From: an uncultured Pseudomonadota bacterium | GTDB lineage: Bacteria; Pseudomonadota; Alphaproteobacteria; RF32; CAG-239 | Assembly: GCA_949286215.1 (NCBI GenBank) | Contig: CASDYX010000003.1 | Location: 46,537 to 110,536, forward strand | Direction: 5' to 3' | DNA length: 64,000 nucleotides | In this document: positions 49,178 through 57,043 of the stretch, piece by piece | Numbering within the stretch: the first letter of the stretch is position 1 | Layout: the number at the start of each line of letters is the position of its first letter | Notes under the pieces: model-generated | Databases searched by the model: none | Told to the model about the DNA's origin: nothing | What the model saw: the letters and a program-made list of their open reading frames with translations, nothing else | Made by a program: the position numbers and the translations under genes

Positions 49178-50488
49178 TTGAAACCCTTTTTAATAACAGT
49201 CCGCATTATATTTGTAGGCATCTTCTGGAGCATATTTTTTCTGGAAGGGATAAGGGTTATTATGCTCACCAACTGGCGTTTTGATATTTTCCGTTCCCGC
49301 CATTGGGAGCATTTATACAATCTATGGTACCAAGGTTGGACCATACAAGCTCCCAAAGAATGGGCATTTATCTTAATCATTTTAACATTTATTCCTTTAT
49401 GGTTAACCGGCTGGGCTGCTTTAAGCTTGATAGAGTGGGATAAACTATTGGTTAAATTGGTCGTTTACCCAATAAAACTCTTTCGAAAACTATTCTACAA
49501 ACAAGTAACTGTCATTGCGACTAAAAAGCATGGTCAACCAGTAAAAAAGAAAAGATCTTACAAAGAAATAAGACCTCGTAGTATCCGAGCTCCGATTGAT
49601 GACCGCATAGAAGATGCACTGCCTCGTCCGACAACATTGAGCAACCAAGTCACCAAAACACATAGCGCTCCCAAAATAACACCGCCTACTTTAGCCGCTT
49701 TGAGTTCTCCTCCTCCGAGTGAGCCTAAAACTTTTGATCATTCATTATTCCAATTTGACGATGGCGAAAGTGACGATTTCGACTTTAATTTTGATGCTTT
49801 TGATACTCCGCCTGCACCTCAAAAAGAAGAAAGTCCTAAGTCCGAGGAAAAAAGAGCTCCCCGAGAAAAAGAAAAAAACAAAGAAAATCGGGACTTTAGA
49901 GATACGAGAGAAAAGAAAGACTTTAGCAAAAGCCCTAAAGAGGGACGTAAACCTCAAGCTAATAATCGCGGAGAAAATCAAGTTCAGCGTGGCGGCTCTC
50001 TTATGGATGTTCTCAAACAAAAAGGCTATGAAATCATTACCGGAGCAACCCTTGCCAATAATTTAATAGACTTTATCGGTGTTGCCGATAAGAAAATTTG
50101 TGTTTGCCTGCTTGATAAAGAGCCCGGAGATTGGTTAGCCGATGAAGAAAGATTTAACGACGAGGAACCTCTCTGGTTTTCGGAAAGCAGCCATAGAATT
50201 TCTCCGGTCAGAAAAATTACGTTATCCTGCCAAGCTTTAGAAGAAAAATTAAAAGAAGCAGATTTAAATTTCAGCGTCATACCTTATGTCATTATTCAAC
50301 TCGGAAACATCATCAATGCCGAAGATATGTTTGAAATCTGGGATGATATGAAAGTTAATGTAACTCGTATTGACAGAGGTACTCCAAAAGAAATTAAGCT
50401 TTTTGCCAAAACTTTGGAAGAAGCTGAAAATCACATAGATAACGATAAATTTGAAAAGCTCAAAAAATTAATTCGTAATATAAAGTAA
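49178..50488 (+). CDS. membrane protein with a T4CP-N-terminal-like TM domain, a Pro/Glu/Lys-rich linker and a C-terminal NERD-like (nuclease-related) domain
   Basis: The N-terminus is paralogous to 48621 and to the VirD4 TM domain (HWEHLYNLWYQGW...FILIILTFIPLWLTGW). The C-terminal block GATLANNLIDFIGVADKKICVCLLDKEPG resembles the NERD core (IDHvvi..Givvievk). A low-complexity charged linker of about 150 aa separates them. Confidence 0.45.
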   Translation: MKPFLITVRIIFVGIFWSIFFLEGIRVIMLTNWRFDIFRSRHWEHLYNLWYQGWTIQAPKEWAFILIILTFIPLWLTGWAALSLIEWDKLLVKLVVYPIKLFRKLFYKQVTVIATKKHGQPVKKKRSYKEIRPRSIRAPIDDRIEDALPRPTTLSNQVTKTHSAPKITPPTLAALSSPPPSEPKTFDHSLFQFDDGESDDFDFNFDAFDTPPAPQKEESPKSEEKRAPREKEKNKENRDFRDTREKKDFSKSPKEGRKPQANNRGENQVQRGGSLMDVLKQKGYEIITGATLANNLIDFIGVADKKICVCLLDKEPGDWLADEERFNDEEPLWFSESSHRISPVRKITLSCQALEEKLKEADLNFSVIPYVIIQLGNIINAEDMFEIWDDMKVNVTRIDRGTPKEIKLFAKTLEEAENHIDNDKFEKLKKLIRNIK

Positions 50489-50511
50489 AAATAACCTAAA
50501 AGAGTAAGAAG

Positions 50512-52746
50512 ATGGAAAAACAAGGCGAAGAATGGGAAGAGTACAATAACGCGGTCCGTTGGGTATTGATAACCTTCATCATAACATTTCTGGTTACTGC
50601 AGCTTTGGCTATTATCTCTATGCCGTTGGGCTATCTAATTGGTAGCGGCGTATCCAAAGATACCTTAGGTGAAGTCGGAAAATTTTTACAAACCATATTC
50701 AACTCACCTGATTACCTGTTTTCCAGATATTGGAATTGGCTCAAGCAAATATCCAATTACCATGGTCCATTTTCTGTTGGGCTATGGCTTCCGATTCTCC
50801 CTTTTATTTCTTTACCTTTTGGTATTGTTATCGGCACCGTAAGCAACCCTTACCGTTTTCAATCCAATATTCACGGTTCCGCCCGCATTGCCGAGTTAAA
50901 AGACATTAAAAAGATGGGCTTACTTGATGGTTTCTGCATGGTTGTCGGCAAATACAAAGGGCATCTGTTAATGTTAAAAGAAACCCTTTCAACCTTGTGC
51001 TGCGCACCTCCGGGTACCGGTAAAACTGCCGGAGTAGTTATTCCGACAATTTTCCACTCTCACGGCATGAGCATTGTGGTAAACGACCCAAAACCTGAGT
51101 TGTGCTTCACTACCACGGGTGCCAGAGCCAAAGATGGACCGGTATTTGTCATTAACTGGGGTGCCGAAGATAATCCGGCAGAAGGTATTTATTACCCGAG
51201 CTGGAATCCTTTGTCGCCGAATGCTTTGCCAGCCCCTGGTCCTGACCGTGATATGTATGTGGACTCAATGTGTAATATTTTGGTTGAAGACCCGAAAGGC
51301 GGCGCAGACCCGCACTGGTCAAAAACCGGTCGTGCCGCACTAACCGGCTTCATACACTTTATTGCCTCCAAATGCGAGCGAGCTCGCGCCAACGACTACT
51401 TTATCGGCCGTGTTTATGAAGGTAAACTCGACGATGAAGATAAAAGAGTTCTGGAAGGCTACTATTTGGAAATGCGTGATCCTATGGCCGCTCAAGCCAT
51501 TCAAAACCTCCATAGCGGGACTTTAACGATTGATAACTATCTCCCGATAGGTACTTGGTCATTATTGCCCGAAAAATGGATTGGCCACGAATCTTGCCTA
51601 GCAATGATTTTGGAGTGGATTACCGAGTCGCAAATTAAACAATCCCAAGAAATCAAGCGCCGTCTTGATGAAGGTGACCAAATGGCCGCCATGGCAGACC
51701 CAATGCGTGATATGTTGGAAGAAGCCATAGAAGAAGCCAGAAAATACGGCTACTCACCACGTTGTATTGTAGAACTTAGCCAATTAAGTTCTATGCCTGA
51801 TAAAGAGCGTGGTTCCGTATTGTCCACCGGTTTCTCAGGTATTGGTATTTTCAAAAACTCAGCCGTTGTATCGCGTACCAGCTTTTCTGACTTACACTTT
51901 AAGGATTTGCGCGGTATGAAGGACCCGATTACCGGCGAGTGGAAACCAATTTCGGTTTATCTGTCAGTTAACCAAGTTGATGCGAGAGCCTTGGGTGTTA
52001 TTTCAGGAACATTTATTGAGTTAATGTCCTCTTACCTAATTGCTAACCCGCCAAAATTTCAAAACAAAACCGATGGTCAAATGGGACCTTTCCCAACCTT
52101 GTTTGTATTGGACGAGTTTCCGCAAATGCCTAAATTAAAAGCCATCATTGATGGTCCGGCGGTCGGACGTGGTCAAAAAGTATCATACTTGCTGATTGGC
52201 CAAGACTTAGGACAAATTTCGGGTAAATACGGAAAAGATGACTTGGAAACGGTTATTTCTACCACGGCTTGCAAAGTTATTTTATCTCAAAACAACGAGC
52301 AAACCGCCCAACGTTTCTCCAAAATGATTGGTAACAAAACCGTCCAAACCACCTCATTCTCAAAGAACGAAGGTATCAGCTTCCAAAAAGGCTCAAACCC
52401 GTTCAGTAAAAACGTTAGTTACCAATTACAAGGAACATCTGTAATTAGTACAACGCAATTGCTGAGCTTGCCGATGCTCAAACAAGTAGTTCTGATGCAA
52501 GGTTTCATTGATCGTCCGATTATGGCAGATGCCCCTCGTTTTTATCTGGATAAGCAAATGTTGGCCTTATCAAAACTTCCGCCATCACCTTATGTTCCGG
52601 ATTGGATTGTTGCCCAACGAGAAGATATCAATGAAGATATGCTCTCCAAACTGGGTATTGAATATGATCCGAACGAAGATTATGATGACGAAGACTTTGA
52701 TGATGACGACTATAATGAAGAAGACATCAATACAAACCCAAATTAA
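50512..52746 (+). CDS. virD4: type IV secretion/conjugation coupling protein, VirD4/TraG family (744 aa), with an acidic C-terminal tail
   Basis: Two N-terminal TM helices. The HGSARIA motif aligns with the VirD4 HGTARWA block. Walker A APPGTGKTAGVVIPT (compare VirD4 APTRSGKGVGVVIPT). LFVLDEFPQMPKL aligns with the VirD4 LFLLDEF..LGKL block. The D/E-rich C-terminus is DYDDEDFDDDDYNEED. Confidence 0.85.
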   Translation: MEKQGEEWEEYNNAVRWVLITFIITFLVTAALAIISMPLGYLIGSGVSKDTLGEVGKFLQTIFNSPDYLFSRYWNWLKQISNYHGPFSVGLWLPILPFISLPFGIVIGTVSNPYRFQSNIHGSARIAELKDIKKMGLLDGFCMVVGKYKGHLLMLKETLSTLCCAPPGTGKTAGVVIPTIFHSHGMSIVVNDPKPELCFTTTGARAKDGPVFVINWGAEDNPAEGIYYPSWNPLSPNALPAPGPDRDMYVDSMCNILVEDPKGGADPHWSKTGRAALTGFIHFIASKCERARANDYFIGRVYEGKLDDEDKRVLEGYYLEMRDPMAAQAIQNLHSGTLTIDNYLPIGTWSLLPEKWIGHESCLAMILEWITESQIKQSQEIKRRLDEGDQMAAMADPMRDMLEEAIEEARKYGYSPRCIVELSQLSSMPDKERGSVLSTGFSGIGIFKNSAVVSRTSFSDLHFKDLRGMKDPITGEWKPISVYLSVNQVDARALGVISGTFIELMSSYLIANPPKFQNKTDGQMGPFPTLFVLDEFPQMPKLKAIIDGPAVGRGQKVSYLLIGQDLGQISGKYGKDDLETVISTTACKVILSQNNEQTAQRFSKMIGNKTVQTTSFSKNEGISFQKGSNPFSKNVSYQLQGTSVISTTQLLSLPMLKQVVLMQGFIDRPIMADAPRFYLDKQMLALSKLPPSPYVPDWIVAQREDINEDMLSKLGIEYDPNEDYDDEDFDDDDYNEEDINTNPN

Positions 52747-52772
52747 AAGAGGCTGATGAAATGAGGTAAGAG

Positions 52773-53372
52773 ATGTGGGAGTGGTCAAATCAAAAACATC
52801 AAAATAACTTAATACTTCCTTATAATGATGATGACTCCTCCCTGCTCTCAGCCTATGATGATTTGCTCACCAAAGGCATTCCGCCTTCAGCCCAACCCTT
52901 TCAAAATGCGCTTAACAAACAGCATCTGCAAGACATTGCGGAGATGGAGCACAAACTTGAAAGAAAATTAAAAGAACTACACCTAACCACCTTTCATTTG
53001 GAAAAACACGCCTATCTTCCCCTCACTTGGGAAAAACAAACCTCCCTTTATCAAGAAACTTGGAAATTAAGAAACATCTTTCTGAAAAGGCTCGCCTATA
53101 CAGATGAATACGCTCTCAAAACAATAGGTCTGAACTTTCAAGACATAAATCTGCTAAAACAAGGAATTACCCCCGAAAACTTTAATGTTCATATTAAAAT
53201 TCCGTTTGACTTTGGAGGTAAGGCTGAATTAAATAATTTATGCTTAATGCGTGCCCACCCCACACACGAAAATTTACACAAAATCATAGACATTCAGTTA
53301 AATTCCAACTTTTTGCGCCAACAAAAAATGTTATTACTGCCAATTTCCGAGGGAAAAATCTGTCATGACTGA
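52773..53372 (+). CDS. HNH/EndoVII-fold nuclease domain protein (toxin-like)
   Basis: C-terminal NVHIKIPFDFGGKAELNNLCLMRAHPTHENLH fits the HNH core (H-h-h-P-x3-GG-x5-N-L-x2-L-C-x3-H-x2-H). 27 nt downstream of virD4 and overlaps the following SUKH gene. Confidence 0.5.
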   Translation: MWEWSNQKHQNNLILPYNDDDSSLLSAYDDLLTKGIPPSAQPFQNALNKQHLQDIAEMEHKLERKLKELHLTTFHLEKHAYLPLTWEKQTSLYQETWKLRNIFLKRLAYTDEYALKTIGLNFQDINLLKQGITPENFNVHIKIPFDFGGKAELNNLCLMRAHPTHENLHKIIDIQLNSNFLRQQKMLLLPISEGKICHD

Positions 53373-53781
53373 AAATTTACCGATAATTTATTTTCCCCCA
53401 ACCCTAATAAAAGAAATTGAAGAGAGCAACAATTGGCTTCTCATGCAAAAATTTTGCGCCCTGCCGGAAGAATATCAAAAATTTCTCCTCAACACCAACG
53501 GTCTAACTTGCAATGGACTAGATTTATATGGAAGTTGCGCTCATTATAGAGAAACAAAGAATTACAAATTTCCTTCCATTCAAGACATCAACAAAAATTT
53601 CATCAACTATCGTTTTTTCAAAGATAAAGTCATCATCGGCAATTGGAACGAGAGTCTGATTTATTACGATAAACGAGGCAACTACTATGCTCTTGCCGAC
53701 AGAATCAATCTGCGTTCAAGATACGAGGCCGATAGTTTTGAAAAAATCTTAAACTACCTTATGGAAGCCATAAAATCTTAA
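53365..53781 (+). CDS. SUKH (SMI1/KNR4) family immunity-like protein
   Basis: ALPEEYQKFLLNTNGL and VIIGNWNESLIYYDKRGNYYAL match the SUKH-1 signature. Its start overlaps the HNH gene stop (ATGACTGA). Confidence 0.55.
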   Translation: MTENLPIIYFPPTLIKEIEESNNWLLMQKFCALPEEYQKFLLNTNGLTCNGLDLYGSCAHYRETKNYKFPSIQDINKNFINYRFFKDKVIIGNWNESLIYYDKRGNYYALADRINLRSRYEADSFEKILNYLMEAIKS

Positions 53782-53786
53782 ATAGA

Positions 53787-53894
53787 CCAGACGAACCCTT
53801 GGGTTCGAGCCCGATGCAATTACAAAAACATTAAAATTTAAAAACAAAAAATCTCCCTCACGGGAGATTTTTAAATGGGGCGAACGATCGGGCT
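53787..53894. repeat. 108-bp direct repeat, copy A (tRNA-like T-arm fragment, terminator hairpin, last 19 nt of the tRNA-His 3' end); att-like
   Basis: Near-identical to 54037..54143 (one 1-nt indel). It ends exactly where copy B continues into the intact tRNA-His. Confidence 0.7.
53846..53871. terminator. bidirectional hairpin terminator (within repeat copy A); terminates the plus-strand T4CP cluster
   Basis: Perfect stem aaaatctccc/gggagatttt with loop tcac. T-run downstream on plus, and a T-rich run on minus. Confidence 0.5.
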
Positions 53895-54036
53895 GAAGAA
53901 AAGAAAACAATCCTGTGAATTGTTTTCTTGATTCAGGCGCAGGTTTGTTAGCTTTGAGACAAGAGAAACACCGTCGAAAAAGCGTTACAAACCAAGTGAC
54001 CGCAGCGAGTTAGCGAAATCTCATTGAGCTTACGAG

Positions 54037-54143
54037 CCAGACGAACCCTTGGGTTCGAGCCCGATGCAATTACAAAACATTAAAATTTAAAAACAAAAAA
54101 TCTCCCTCACGGGAGATTTTTAAATGGGGCGAACGATCGGGCT
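54037..54143. repeat. 107-bp direct repeat, copy B (overlaps the 3' end of tRNA-His)
   Basis: See copy A. Confidence 0.7.
54096..54121 (-). terminator. hairpin terminator immediately downstream of tRNA-His
   Basis: Same gggagatttt/aaaatctccc stem as copy A, 3 nt beyond the tRNA CCA end on the minus strand. Confidence 0.5.
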
Positions 54144-54201
54144 CGAACCGACGACAACCGGTACCACAAACCGGGGCTCTACCAACTGAGCTACGTTCGC
54201 C
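54125..54201 (-). tRNA. tRNA-His (anticodon GUG) with encoded G-1 and CCA
   Basis: The reverse complement folds as G(-1)-GCGAACG...; anticodon loop TTGTGGT; T-loop TTCGAGC; acceptor 3' strand CGTTCGC, then discriminator C, then CCA. The extra 5' G opposite the discriminator C is the tRNA-His hallmark. Confidence 0.85.
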
Positions 54202-54365
54202 ATCGCCATTGAGTTTTACAAACAATAATAAATAAAGTCAAGCTAAAAATAACATCAAAAGATTATTTATAAAAAAAATTTTTCACGCATCTGAAATTAA
54301 TAATTTATTTGCATTTTAACGCTAATACTAATAGCAAGAAAATTTCAGAGAAAAAGTAAAGAAGA

Positions 54366-55625
54366 ATGATAACCTTTAACAAATTAGCATTTGTACACAA
54401 AGCTCTATATGCACTCTGTGGCTTAGGGCTTGTTTTATTGACCACAAAACCGGCAACTGCATCTACATCATCCATCATCATTGATGCCGAAAGCGGAGAT
54501 ATTTTATCATCTTCCAACGCCGACGAATTACGTTATCCTGCTTCTCTTACCAAAGTTATGACCTTATACATAACTTTTGACGCTCTCAATAAAGGAATCA
54601 TTAAATTAGACGATGACTTAAAAGTAAGTCGTCACGCAGCCAACATGGCTCCATCCAGATTAGGTCTTCGCCCCGGAGAAACGGTCAAAGTAAAAACTTG
54701 TATTGAAGCTTTAATTGTTAAATCCGCCAATGATTGCGCTACTGTTTTAGCAGAAAACCTTGGTTATAGCGAAAAGAACTTTGCCCAAACAATGACGCAA
54801 GTTGCCAAAGAATTAGGAATGAAAAACACCACTTTCCGTAACGCCAACGGATTGCCTAACAAAGCTCAAAAAACCACGGCACGCGATATGGCTTTGCTTG
54901 GTGCTGCAATGTATCACCACTTTCCGCAATACTACAAACTATTTTCATTGAAAAAATTTACCTATGAAGGCAAAACCATCTACACCCACAATAATATCTT
55001 AAAAACCTTCGAAGGTGCCGATGGTATGAAAACCGGCTTTACCAACGCCGCTGGCTTTAACATTATTACCTCTGCTCAACGTGATGGACATCGCGTCATT
55101 GCTGTTACCATGGGACACAACACCGCCAAAGAGCGTGACCGCCATGTTGCCAGAATGATGGATAAAGGTCTAAAAAGATTAGCCTTAAACGACCGTTTCA
55201 AAGATTCCAACATGTATGCTAACTTAGAGAGCAATAAGGTCATTAAAGAAGAAAACACCGCTCAAACCGCCGCAATTACACCGGCCAACAAAAAAACCGA
55301 TTGGGAAACCTCCTCTTCCAAAGAAGAAAATACTCAAGATGATAAAGCACAATGGGGAATTCAAGTTGGTGCCTTTTCAAACTATTCCAAAGCCAGAAGT
55401 TATGCTCTGAAAATTAAATCCGAAGCTAAAAAATTAGCCTCCAATCCAATAGATATTGAGCCTGTAGCAAATGGTTCTGCAATCATTTATCGCTCAAAGA
55501 TTGTCGGCATGGGAAAATCAACTGCGGATAAAGCCTGCCAGAACTTGAAACGCAAAAATAAATCGTGTATCGTAGTCGCTATAAAGAACGATAACTCACT
55601 CTTGTTAGCGAATAGTCAATACTAA
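54366..55625 (+). CDS. D-alanyl-D-alanine carboxypeptidase (PBP5/6-like, S11) with a C-terminal SPOR domain
   Basis: Signal peptide; SxxK ASLTKVMT; SxN KSAND; KTG KTGFT. The C-terminal segment of about 80 aa resembles SPOR (WGIQVGAFSNYSKARSYALKI...). Confidence 0.8.
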   Translation: MITFNKLAFVHKALYALCGLGLVLLTTKPATASTSSIIIDAESGDILSSSNADELRYPASLTKVMTLYITFDALNKGIIKLDDDLKVSRHAANMAPSRLGLRPGETVKVKTCIEALIVKSANDCATVLAENLGYSEKNFAQTMTQVAKELGMKNTTFRNANGLPNKAQKTTARDMALLGAAMYHHFPQYYKLFSLKKFTYEGKTIYTHNNILKTFEGADGMKTGFTNAAGFNIITSAQRDGHRVIAVTMGHNTAKERDRHVARMMDKGLKRLALNDRFKDSNMYANLESNKVIKEENTAQTAAITPANKKTDWETSSSKEENTQDDKAQWGIQVGAFSNYSKARSYALKIKSEAKKLASNPIDIEPVANGSAIIYRSKIVGMGKSTADKACQNLKRKNKSCIVVAIKNDNSLLLANSQY

Positions 55626-56425
55626 TGGAACCACAAAAGAAAGCACATATCATCGTCGTCAGTAACGAAAAAGGCGGCACAGGGAAATCAACTATTTCCA
55701 TGCACTTGGCCATTAAGTTATTGCAAGAAGGTTTTTCTGTTGCCACAATTGATATGGACGGACGTCAAGGTACACTTTCACGTTATCTGGAAAACCGCAA
55801 AAATTTTTGCGAAAAGCACAAATTAGATTTACCGATTCCGGCATTTTATAAATTTGAACCTCAAGAAAATTATACATTAATTCCAGCAGACCGTGGGCGC
55901 GTCAATCATGAAATAACCAAATTAATTCCTTGTTATGACGCCATAATTATTGATACCCCTGGTAACAAAAACTATCTTTTTGAAGAAGCTCATAAATTTG
56001 CCGACACACTCATCACCCCGATTTCTGACAGCCTAATAGACCTCAACGTCTTGTCAGAAATTGATTTTGAATCAGGGCACATCGGCAAACCGGGCCACTA
56101 CGCAAGCTACATTTGGGAAGTAAAAAAATATCTGGCTTCACAAGGCAAAACCTACCTCAACTGGATAGTTGTCGGCAATAAAATCTCAGCTCTAAATTCG
56201 CGCAACAAAGCCCAATTTTTTGAATATTTGGAAAAGCTCTCCAAACTTTATGGCTTTAGAATAACACCCGGATTTAAGGATAGAGTTATCTATAAAGAAC
56301 TATTTTTGGAAGGCCTGACGGTTTTGGATATGCAAACCCCAGAATTAAAGCGCAAAATGAGCGTTTCGCACATTGCCGCCAAAAGAGAGATTAGAGCCTT
56401 AGCAGAATTTATTTGTCCGGAATAA
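55625..56425 (+). CDS. mipZ: division-plane positioning ATPase MipZ (ParA/MinD family)
   Basis: Deviant Walker A NEKGGTGKST. Collinear, strong similarity to Caulobacter MipZ, including GFRITPGFKDRVIYKELFLEGLTVLDM (compare GFRIGPGLRDRVIYRELFPFGLTIADL). Confidence 0.8.
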   Translation: MEPQKKAHIIVVSNEKGGTGKSTISMHLAIKLLQEGFSVATIDMDGRQGTLSRYLENRKNFCEKHKLDLPIPAFYKFEPQENYTLIPADRGRVNHEITKLIPCYDAIIIDTPGNKNYLFEEAHKFADTLITPISDSLIDLNVLSEIDFESGHIGKPGHYASYIWEVKKYLASQGKTYLNWIVVGNKISALNSRNKAQFFEYLEKLSKLYGFRITPGFKDRVIYKELFLEGLTVLDMQTPELKRKMSVSHIAAKREIRALAEFICPE

Positions 56426-56952
56426 GCATGAAAGAATTAGCTTACCTAATGTTTTTTCTGGGAGCCGGCTATGCCATAAACTTGCTGGTTACCTCTTTGA
56501 TGGATAAAAAAAACCGCAAAATCTATGTCAGCTATCCCTCTTCGTCCAAATTTAACCTATTATGGGGATTTTTGTTTTATGCCGGTTTTGCCTGGCTGAC
56601 CACAACAAATTTATACCTAAAAATAGCCCTAGCTGTGATTATTTTAGGCTTAAGCTTGACCTTGGCACACAACTACCTTCTTATCCGTTGTCTCAAAAAA
56701 TCCGGTCACGGCATATATGCTAAAATTTTGCAAAATAAATTTTCCCGCCAACAACTAGAGGATAAAGCCCATAATAAAGCTTATAGCCGAGCAGAAATCT
56801 TAACTATTTTGGGGTTAGAGCCCAACCAAGCAAACAACCCAACCCTTTTATCCTCACGCCTGCAAATATACGAGCAACTTGCCTCCTCTCCCCAATTTGC
56901 ATACGCAGCTGAGTTCCACAAAAAGATTCGAGCCACACTTGAGGCAAAATAA
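56413..56952 (+). CDS. membrane protein (179 aa, 3 TM) with a J-domain-like C-terminus lacking HPD
   Basis: TM helices. The C-terminal alpha-helical region is loosely J-like. Overlaps the mipZ stop. Confidence 0.35.
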   Translation: MSGISMKELAYLMFFLGAGYAINLLVTSLMDKKNRKIYVSYPSSSKFNLLWGFLFYAGFAWLTTTNLYLKIALAVIILGLSLTLAHNYLLIRCLKKSGHGIYAKILQNKFSRQQLEDKAHNKAYSRAEILTILGLEPNQANNPTLLSSRLQIYEQLASSPQFAYAAEFHKKIRATLEAK

Positions 56953-57043
56953 TCGGTTATTAATAACTATGTTCCCTCTTGAGTTTAAGAGAGGAAGTGC
57001 TAAACTCAACACAATTAAAGTAAAACAATGTAAAGGATGAGCA

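Noticed and set aside
53791-53818. tRNA-like fragment (GGGTTCGAGCCCGAT) inside the direct repeats as a functional tRNA
   Set aside because: Only a T-arm-like segment is present. There is no acceptor stem, anticodon arm or D-arm, so it is a fragment or relic.
41132-54201. Whole 41-54 kb region as an intact integrative conjugative element at tRNA-His
   Set aside because: There is no integrase, relaxase or VirB/Tra structural gene. Core housekeeping genes rluD and rpoH lie inside the region. Only the 45.7-53.8 kb cluster is plausibly a mobile-element remnant.
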